From the IMG/VR virus record IMGVR_UViG_3300005573_000004, positions 1 through 64,000 of that record: a stretch of 64,000 nt of DNA; one strand, given 5' to 3'. Positions 19,860-26,714 of the stretch are shown piece by piece; position 1 is the stretch's first letter, and each line of letters begins with the position of its first letter. The stretch comes from a virus. The notes below the pieces were generated by a model, which saw only the letters and a list, made by a program, of their open reading frames with translations, searched no databases and was not told the origin of the DNA. The position numbers and the translations under genes were made by a program.

Positions 19860-20081
19860 AACACACCTCCTTTTATAGCCTATGTATTATATTCCCCCAT
19901 AGGCAGGGGAAGATTTTTCTTGCTTGTTGTTTTTTTACAAGGGGAGCAAGAGCCCCTTGCAAGCCTATATTTTAGGGGCTGGCTTGATGCCCCTTTGGGG
20001 GCGAGAATCAGGGACTTCTGCCCCCAAATAGCCTACGTATGTTTTAGCTCCCCGTAGGCGGGGAGCTACAAAATAACAGGG

Positions 20082-20261
20082 TTATTTCTTTATTTCAAAC
20101 CCTGTTATTTTGTATTTCTGAAGCTGGGCAGGAGCATCTGCCCAGCTCCATAATTTACCCGCAAGGGTAACAGATCCACCCCTGTGGGTAAAAACTATCT
20201 GTTGCACAGGCTTCCCTGTAGCCTGTGCCTTTTTAATGATTCTTAAATTATTCTTCGTCAT
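20082..20261 (-). CDS. 59-aa basic protein (not in ORF track), copy 1
   Basis: AAAGGAGGTGA RBS then MTKNNLRIIKKAQATGKPVQQIVFTHRGGSVTLAGKLWSWADAPAQLQKYKITGFEIKK*. Confidence 0.6.
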   Translation of the reverse strand: MTKNNLRIIKKAQATGKPVQQIVFTHRGGSVTLAGKLWSWADAPAQLQKYKITGFEIKK

Positions 20262-20446
20262 CTGTAATCACCTCCTTTCTTTTAATGAATAGTAGGCTCG
20301 GTTGCTCAAGCCGAGCCTACTTAAAACAAATCCCCTTTAGGCGGGGTCAAAAGAGCGTGTAGAGGCAGGGAGCATAAGCTCCCCTGCCTCTAAGAGCCTA
20401 CGTATATTTTGGCTCCCCGTAGGCGGGGAGTATAAATAAGGTCATT

Positions 20447-20764
20447 CTATTTTTTTAGAATGACCTTATTTATTAAGAATTCTATGGCACTATTTAAAAA
20501 TTCCGGCTTTGTAATAACTTCAAAGCCTGAGTCCATTATTTCATCATCCTGGTAGATCCTCTCTACCAGGAAATAATTTATTTTATCAGTCATTATTATT
20601 ATTTTATCTTTTTCCTCAGAGGAGGAAAAAGATAAAATTTTTTCCATACAGTCCTCTATGAGGACTGTATTATGTTCCCACCAACGGTGGGAATCTATCA
20701 GCCCAACCTTTTGGTTGGATAGCAAATCTTTAATGTCGTTTGAAACTTTTACTTTTACATACAT
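20447..20764 (-). CDS. small early protein (distant family B), copy 1
   Basis: Paralog of 21363..21680; RBS and pseudoknot leader. Confidence 0.7.
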   Translation of the reverse strand: MYVKVKVSNDIKDLLSNQKVGLIDSHRWWEHNTVLIEDCMEKILSFSSSEEKDKIIIMTDKINYFLVERIYQDDEIMDSGFEVITKPEFLNSAIEFLINKVILKK

Positions 20765-21004
20765 AATTACCTCCTATAAGTGCCTATGTATTATATTCCC
20801 CCATAGGCAGGGGAAATTTTTCCTACTCTAACCCGGTAGGACGGGCTTGCCTATGTTTTACAAGGAAGGCAAGCTCCTTGCAAGCCTTTTTAGTTTAGGG
20901 GCAGGCTTGTAGCCCCTTTGGGGGCGAGAATCAGGGACTTCTGCCCCCAAATAGCCTACGTATGTTTTAGCTCCCCGTAGGCGGGGAGCTACAAAATAAC
21001 AGGG

Positions 21005-21184
21005 TTATTTCTTTATTTCAAACCCTGTTATTTTGTATTTCTGAAGCTGGGCAGGAGCATCTGCCCAGCTCCATAATTTACCCGCAAGGGTAACAGATCC
21101 ACCCCTGTGGGTAAAAACTATCTGTTGCACAGGCTTCCCTGTAGCCTGTGCCTTTTTAATGATTCTTAAATTATTCTTCGTCAT
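21005..21184 (-). CDS. 59-aa basic protein, copy 2
   Basis: Duplicate of 20082..20261. Confidence 0.6.
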   Translation of the reverse strand: MTKNNLRIIKKAQATGKPVQQIVFTHRGGSVTLAGKLWSWADAPAQLQKYKITGFEIKK

Positions 21185-21362
21185 CTGTAATCACCTCCTT
21201 TCTTTTAATGAATAGTAGGCTCGGTTGCTCAAGCCGAACCTACAAAATCCCTTTTAAGCAGGGTCAAAGAACTTTTAGAAGCGGAGAGTCTATGCTCCCC
21301 GCCTCCAAATAGCCTACGTATGTTTATACTCCCCGTAGGCGGGGAGTATAAATAAGGTCATT

Positions 21363-21680
21363 CTATTTTTTTAGAATGACCTTATTTATTAGGAATTCTA
21401 AGGCACTTTCTAAAAACTCAGGCTTTGTAATAACTTCAAAGCCGGAATCAGTTTCTTCATTATCATCCTGGTAGATCCTCTCTACCAGGAAATAATTTAA
21501 TTTATCAGTCATTATTATTTTATCTTTATCCTCCTCTGAGTAGGAGGATAAAACTCCTCCATCGCAATCTACGTAGTATATTGTATTATGTTCCCACCAA
21601 CGGTTGGAACCTGTCATTCCAACCTTTTGGTTGGATAGCAAATCTTTAATGTCGTTTGAAACTTTTACTTTTACATACAT
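21363..21680 (-). CDS. small early protein (distant family B), copy 2
   Basis: Paralog of 20447..20764. Confidence 0.7.
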   Translation of the reverse strand: MYVKVKVSNDIKDLLSNQKVGMTGSNRWWEHNTIYYVDCDGGVLSSYSEEDKDKIIMTDKLNYFLVERIYQDDNEETDSGFEVITKPEFLESALEFLINKVILKK

Positions 21681-21867
21681 ATTACACCTCCTTTTATAGC
21701 CTATGTATTATATTCCCCCATAGGCAGGGGAGAATTTTTTCTTGCTTTTTGTTTTTACAAGGGGAGCAAGAGCCCCTTGAGAGTCTATATTTTATGGAGC
21801 GGACTCAACGCTCCATTTTTTTTTATCACCTCCTTTCTTTATGCTTCCTTGCAAAAGCAAGGAAGCA

Positions 21868-21980
21868 TTTATTATAATATATAGATAATATATTATATTA
21901 TTATAATATATTATCTATATATTATCTATATATTATATTATTATAATATTATATTATTATAATATTATTATTATTTTAAT
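21868..21980. repeat. almost pure A/T, partly palindromic tract
   Basis: TATTATATTATTATAA-type repeats with only a few G/C. Confidence 0.8.
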
Positions 21981-22052
21981 TCTCATAAGAGAAGAAGAAA
22001 GAGTTGATGATGGCCGTAGAATCCGCTATATATCCCCTTCAAAACCAGGAGA

Positions 22053-22252
22053 ATTTTGGAATTTAGGGTCCCCTGGAACCCAAAATTTTCTATAGGAAAA
22101 ATTTTTGGAATTTAGGGTCCCCTGGAACCCAAAATTTTCTATAGGAAAAATTTTTGGAATTTAGGGTCCCCTTTAACCTAAAAATTTCTATAGGAAAAAT
22201 TTTAGGGTCCCCCTGAACCGAAAATTTTCTATAGGAAAAATTTTTGGAATTT
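22053..22252. repeat. four tandem ~49-bp repeats
   Basis: GGGTCCCC cores at 22066, 22115, 22164, 22205, each followed by AAAA(T/A)TTTCTATAGGAAAAATTTT. Confidence 0.9.
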
Positions 22253-22275
22253 CCGCCCCCATAATTACTCCATAC

Positions 22276-22347
22276 CGTGAATACTGTGAATACTGTGAAT
22301 ACTGTGGATAATGTGTATAATGTGTATAATGTGAATAATGTGAATAA
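22276..22347 (-). promoter_or_regulatory. head-to-tail DnaA-box array
   Basis: TTATCCACA (22303-22311), TTATACACA x2, TTATTCACA x2, plus three degenerate boxes, all abutting at 9-bp period. Confidence 0.75.
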
Positions 22348-22407
22348 GGCAATTAAACTGCCGTATAGATATTTAGAAGGAAGTAGGAAGGAATATATTG
22401 GGTAGAA

Positions 22408-22452
22408 ATAAAAAAGCCGTTAACCAGCCTATTTCACACTGATTAACGGCTT
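22408..22452 (-). terminator. intrinsic terminator
   Basis: AAGCCGTTAA...TTAACGGCTT stem followed by a T tract on the minus strand, after 22480..22761. Confidence 0.7.
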
Positions 22453-22479
22453 ATATTAAGTATATTAGTCTTTGGTAGT

Positions 22480-22761
22480 TCAGTTTTCAAAAATTTTTAT
22501 AAAGGGATAAATTATAAAAGCTATTCCTAAAAATCCTATTATAAAAGAAACAACAAGTCCTAACAATTTTAAAGAAGATTCTAACCCAACTATAAAATTA
22601 TGATAAAAATCACAACACGGTAATGACCAAACGTGCCCACAATTCCAAAATCCTATTACAATACTTCCTAAAATAATTGCAATAGTTAATAAAATTAACC
22701 CTTTCGCTATATACATCATATACATCAATTGATAGATACCAAAATTAATTTTGTTTTTCAT
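22480..22761 (-). CDS. two-TM membrane protein
   Basis: Two long hydrophobic segments. Confidence 0.6.
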   Translation of the reverse strand: MKNKINFGIYQLMYMMYIAKGLILLTIAIILGSIVIGFWNCGHVWSLPCCDFYHNFIVGLESSLKLLGLVVSFIIGFLGIAFIIYPFIKIFEN

Positions 22762-23087
22762 TTTGTACCTTCCTTTCTGTATATTAGCCCTTTTCCATAT
22801 TTTTTGGCAATTTTTATTTCACGTTTCATGCCTTCTGTTATCCCTTTTTCGTTGTTTATATATACCATATCACAAATAGATACTAATTGTCCACAAAAAC
22901 TTAAAATTCTTTCCCTGGTCTTTTCATCCTCTTTTTCTATGAAACTAAAATTTAAATGAGGAATTACAGGTATATAGTTCAAACCTAAATCAAAAATTTC
23001 TTTACCTAATTTCTTGGCTATTTCTATATTCTTTTTTATACCTTTTTTGGTTTTTGCACTATATGGACTACAAATATAAACTAGCAT
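22758..23087 (-). CDS. DUF4406-like / nucleoside 2-deoxyribosyltransferase-fold protein
   Basis: VYICSPYS, P..PHL, CD.V, GM..EI..A motifs. Confidence 0.7.
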   Translation of the reverse strand: MLVYICSPYSAKTKKGIKKNIEIAKKLGKEIFDLGLNYIPVIPHLNFSFIEKEDEKTRERILSFCGQLVSICDMVYINNEKGITEGMKREIKIAKKYGKGLIYRKEGTK

Positions 23088-23088
23088 A

Positions 23089-23472
23089 TTATATCTCCTG
23101 ATTTTTGGGCAAATCCATAGTTCCTCTATTTAGTTCAAGCGTTGTTCTTATTTTTGCTTCTAGTTTGTCACTTAAATAATAAAAAGCTGCCCAGGGGTCT
23201 GTTTCTTCACCACACGTGAAAAGATCAACTGCAGCATAACCGTGCTCCGGCCATGTATGTATAGCAAGATGCGATTCCGCCACAACTACTACTCCACTCA
23301 CTCCGTGCGGACTGAATTTGTGGAATACTACCTGCACAATCGTAGACTTAGACTCCTTCGCCGCCTCTGTCATCGCCTCTTCAATAAATTTTAAATCGTT
23401 CAACTTCTTTTTATTACACCCGTAAAATTCAACTAGTAAATGCTTTCCCAAACTTTTCAATTTAAGGTTCAC
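23089..23472 (-). CDS. speH: S-adenosylmethionine decarboxylase proenzyme
   Basis: [35 protein letters not shown] (E-SH autocleavage site), DLFTCG. Confidence 0.93.
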   Translation of the reverse strand: MNLKLKSLGKHLLVEFYGCNKKKLNDLKFIEEAMTEAAKESKSTIVQVVFHKFSPHGVSGVVVVAESHLAIHTWPEHGYAAVDLFTCGEETDPWAAFYYLSDKLEAKIRTTLELNRGTMDLPKNQEI

Positions 23473-23496
23473 CTCTATTTTTTTAAAATTTTTTAA

Positions 23497-23531
23497 GCCT
23501 ACGTATATTTTTTCTCCCCGTAGGCTGGGAG
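23497..23531 (-). promoter_or_regulatory. type-B pseudoknot element upstream of speH
   Basis: CTCCC A GCCTACG GGGAG AAAAAATATA CGTAGGC. Confidence 0.75.
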
Positions 23532-23627
23532 CAAAAGAAAGGTAGGAGTGAGTAAAACTAGTATATTATTCCTCTGATCCCATTAATGATATCATATACC
23601 ATTTCCTTTTCATCCTCAGTAAGAGGC

Positions 23628-23730
23628 GTGAACCTACCTCTGTCTAAAGGCAAAGGCTTCTTGCTTCTATCGAGCGGCATTGTTGCACCTACTCTCCACA
23701 AGCGTTAATTTCCTACGTTCCATAGGTATT
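23628..23730 (-). mobile_element. orphan IS200/IS605 right end / omegaRNA scaffold relic
   Basis: TACCTATGGAACGTAGGAAATTAACGCTTGTGGAG...TCGATAGAAGCAAGAAGCCTTTGCCTTTAGACAGAGGTAGGTTCAC; 3' part resembles the tnpB end at 50633-50664. Confidence 0.7.
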
Positions 23731-24019
23731 TTGTTTCTAATTCCTCATCCTTCTTTTTATAGTTTTTATAAGTGGAAAATAAACCAATAATCATAAAAAT
23801 AAAAGATATAACTGATAAACCCAAATAAAATTTTGCTTCAACACTAACTTTAACCAAAAAAGCATTGTAAATTTTATCAACCGTTACCCCAAGCCTGTTT
23901 GTTAATTCCTGTAAAACTTCTGTTAATTTATCCATTTTATATCTCCTATTTATTTTTAAATTTGCCGTTGCTTCGCTACGCTGGGGCAACGGCCAAACCC
24001 TCGATAGGGTCTTTACCAC
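23705..24019 (-). CDS. membrane protein (likely start MDKLTEV), probably truncated by the IS relic
   Basis: TM segment; AGGAG RBS before the internal Met; stop lies inside the IS-end relic. Confidence 0.5.
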   Translation of the reverse strand: MVKTLSRVWPLPQRSEATANLKINRRYKMDKLTEVLQELTNRLGVTVDKIYNAFLVKVSVEAKFYLGLSVISFIFMIIGLFSTYKNYKKKDEELETKYLWNVGN

Positions 24020-24052
24020 AGGTAAAAACCTCGATCGTTGTCATCTTTTAAT

Positions 24053-24502
24053 TTAATTTTTTGCTCCATATCGTTTTAATAATTTTACTATTTCCTTATG
24101 GCCATATACAGAAGCTAAATCTATCAATGAATCTCCATCTTGAGTTCTGACGTTTATATCAGCTCCAGATTCTAAAAGAAATTTAGCTATCTCTTTATTT
24201 CCATTCAAACACGCTACAGTAAGTGCCGTCCAACAAGCATTGTCTTTCGCATTTATATCTGAACCTGCTTCTAGAAAAAATTTTACTAAGTCTAGGTTTT
24301 GTTCAGCACATGCCTTCATTAAGGCTGTAGTTCCAAGAACCGTTCTATTGTCAATATTGGATATTAAATTAAATTCTTCATATTCCGGATATAATTTTAC
24401 CAATGCAACAAGTTTTGCCACTAAACTAGCATTTTTATCATTTAATAAATTTAATAATTCATCTTTAACTTTTTGTGATTTGATGGCTTTCTTTGGCTCC
24501 AT
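24053..24502 (-). CDS. ankyrin-repeat protein (3 repeats)
   Basis: Ankyrin consensus; shared N-terminal module. Confidence 0.92.
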   Translation of the reverse strand: MEPKKAIKSQKVKDELLNLLNDKNASLVAKLVALVKLYPEYEEFNLISNIDNRTVLGTTALMKACAEQNLDLVKFFLEAGSDINAKDNACWTALTVACLNGNKEIAKFLLESGADINVRTQDGDSLIDLASVYGHKEIVKLLKRYGAKN

Positions 24503-25250
24503 ATGACTCCAATAATTTTATCATTTCAATATTATTACTAACTCTGGCTTTGTCTAAAACCGTATACCCAGTATTATCTATCTCATTTACATTAGCTCCC
24601 GCTTTTAATAATATTTTTACTACGTCAATGCTATTAACCATACAAGCTAATGCAAGAGGAGTTCGGTTCCGTAAATCCTTAGCATTTAAATCAGCTCCAG
24701 CCTTTATTAACGTTTCTATAACTTTTGTGTCTCCAGAAACACAAGCTAACATAAGAGGAGTTTCAGAGTCATTGTTTCTATCATTGGCATTTGCTCCAAA
24801 TTTTAATAATAATTTGACTATAGCATCATTCCCGTGTAGACTGGCTAACATAATAGCAGTATTACCATTTTTATCTCTACTATTTACATCTGCTCCTACT
24901 TCTAATAAAAATTTTACTATTTTTACGTGATCGTACGAGCTAGCTAATTGAAGTGCAGTCCATCCAGCCAATTGAGTTTTCCAAATTGCATCAATATTTA
25001 CTTCTAATGCAAAAACGCTATATAATGGATATAACTTCTTTAACGCTACTAATCTAGACGTAATACTAGCATTTTTATTATTAAAAAGTTCCAGCAATTC
25101 CTTCCTTTCTTCCTTACTCATAACATTTTTATCATCTATATAGTGATTTGGTATTATTTCTTTTATTTCCTCTAATTCTTTGCGTCTTTTCGCTTTTAAA
25201 AGACTTGCTACACTATCATATTTTTTTGATTTCCTTGAAGTTTTACTCAC
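24465..25250 (-). CDS. ankyrin-repeat protein (~5 repeats)
   Basis: Ankyrin consensus; shared module begins at EERKELLELF. Confidence 0.92.
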   Translation of the reverse strand: MSKTSRKSKKYDSVASLLKAKRRKELEEIKEIIPNHYIDDKNVMSKEERKELLELFNNKNASITSRLVALKKLYPLYSVFALEVNIDAIWKTQLAGWTALQLASSYDHVKIVKFLLEVGADVNSRDKNGNTAIMLASLHGNDAIVKLLLKFGANANDRNNDSETPLMLACVSGDTKVIETLIKAGADLNAKDLRNRTPLALACMVNSIDVVKILLKAGANVNEIDNTGYTVLDKARVSNNIEMIKLLESYGAKESHQITKS

Positions 25251-25264
25251 AGGTCTCCTCCCAT

Positions 25265-25720
25265 TTATTTTTCGTTTTTGTAAATCGTATTCCGCAACAA
25301 CTCTATCTGCTTATCTTGAGAATCTACTCTGTCCTGTGTCTTTTTTAATTTTAATTGCAATGTTTTCATCTGCTTAGTTTGTATAGCAACAGTAGAATTA
25401 AGTTCTTCCAATTGATTTTTCATTTTCTGTGAGTCTTCAGCTAATAAACCTACCGATCTCTCTAAAAAAGGAATAGACGTATTGAAATCAGCTATATTTT
25501 TCTGAATTAGGAATAGTTTCAATCCAACAAGCAAAACTGCTACAATACATAGAATTAAAAATACGAATAGAATATTAGTCTCTTTAGATATATCATTAAT
25601 ACTATTTTTGAAAAATTCATTCTGTGCTGACGTTGACTTAGTTACCTTAGTTGACTTGGTTGATTTGGTCATTTTAATTGAATTCATTTTTTCCTCCTTT
25701 TTAATTACCAGTATATTCAA
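25265..25720 (-). CDS. single-TM coiled-coil protein
   Basis: Hydrophobic segment followed by heptad pattern. Confidence 0.55.
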   Translation of the reverse strand: MNILVIKKEEKMNSIKMTKSTKSTKVTKSTSAQNEFFKNSINDISKETNILFVFLILCIVAVLLVGLKLFLIQKNIADFNTSIPFLERSVGLLAEDSQKMKNQLEELNSTVAIQTKQMKTLQLKLKKTQDRVDSQDKQIELLRNTIYKNEK

Positions 25721-26288
25721 TCATCCAATTAACAAATCTTAAATTATTATTAATCTTTGATGTGCGGTCTGGGTTTTTCTCGTCCTCTGGTAAACTATCA
25801 TCTAATTCTTTTGCTTTCAATAGATATGTTTTTGCTTCAATACAATAATAAATTTTAGATCCAAAAATCTTCTTAGTCTCAGCGTCATATTCGTTCTTTT
25901 TAGCTGTATCAGTCATAGATTCATATGTTTCTATCCTCTCAAGGTATTCAGTTTCCATCTGAAAATCCTTGATTAGTTCATATGCTAAATTATTAAACTT
26001 CCAAGCTAATCTGGCGTGGAATTTTGGATCTTTCTCGGTAGCTACAGCATAAGCCAATGTTGCCTTCCTTAAACTATCTACATCTTCCTTTTTCTCAGCT
26101 TCTAATAAATCATTATACAATTTGTCTTGGTGAACTTGTTCCCAAGTCTTACCTTCTGGTAATTCCCAAGGTTGAGTAATACGTGCAGCAAAAATATTAA
26201 TAGTGAAAAATAACAAAAATATAATTTCTATTATTTTACTTATTTTTCTCATTTTGCTCATTTGCTTCCTCCTACTATTTAAAATCAT
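25701..26288 (-). CDS. exported helical (TPR-like) protein
   Basis: Signal-peptide-like N-terminus; paralog of 39843..40271. Confidence 0.55.
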   Translation of the reverse strand: MILNSRRKQMSKMRKISKIIEIIFLLFFTINIFAARITQPWELPEGKTWEQVHQDKLYNDLLEAEKKEDVDSLRKATLAYAVATEKDPKFHARLAWKFNNLAYELIKDFQMETEYLERIETYESMTDTAKKNEYDAETKKIFGSKIYYCIEAKTYLLKAKELDDSLPEDEKNPDRTSKINNNLRFVNWMIEYTGN

Positions 26289-26703
26289 GGTATAAGTGAC
26301 GCAAAATTTTGTCTAAATCACCGCTCTTTAAAGAAGTTAATACTTCTTTTATATAATTATCTAACTTAGTTAATGAATTAAAAACTTCATCATAAGACGA
26401 ATTATGACTTATAGACGAAATTTCATCTGAATCAATAGATTCATATAATTCAATAATAATATCAAAATTATTCTCTGAATTCACAATTTGAAGTTTTAAT
26501 CTTACGGGCATTTCCATTTGCTTCAATTGTGAATTTATACTACTAATAACGTTCGCAAGATCCTGCACTTGTCCATTTGTTAGTACTGACGAATTGGATT
26601 TAGATGTTTTTTTAGTGCTTTTAGTAATTTTAGTGCGTTTTGTGCTTTCAGTTTTTTTAATTTTTTTAATTCTCTTATCTTTTCCTGACTTTTTCAATGG
26701 CAT
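26275..26703 (-). CDS. hypothetical protein with basic N-terminus
   Basis: ORF with RBS. Confidence 0.55.
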   Translation of the reverse strand: MPLKKSGKDKRIKKIKKTESTKRTKITKSTKKTSKSNSSVLTNGQVQDLANVISSINSQLKQMEMPVRLKLQIVNSENNFDIIIELYESIDSDEISSISHNSSYDEVFNSLTKLDNYIKEVLTSLKSGDLDKILRHLYHDFK

Positions 26704-26714
26704 TGAAATCCTCC

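Larger units (their letters stand above)
16582..21816 (-). repeat. dispersed array of H-type pseudoknot repeats flanking small genes
   Basis: Type A TCCCC-T-GCCTATG-GGGGA-(A/T-rich loop)-CATAGGC at 16583,17125,17483,17991,18531,18889,19281,19878,20782,21699; type B at 18931,19389,20031,20396,20954,21312; unrelated-sequence pseudoknots at 19918,19960,20821,20845,20881,21740,21781. Confidence 0.88.

Noticed and set aside
16565-21731. CRISPR array or integron cassette array interpretation of the dispersed repeats
   Set aside because: The intervals are whole genes of variable length rather than 30-40 nt spacers. There are no cas1/cas2 or integron integrase genes, and no attC RYYYAAC...GTTRRRY boundaries.
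22053-22252. Mini CRISPR array
   Set aside because: The units are contiguous tandem repeats without unique spacers.
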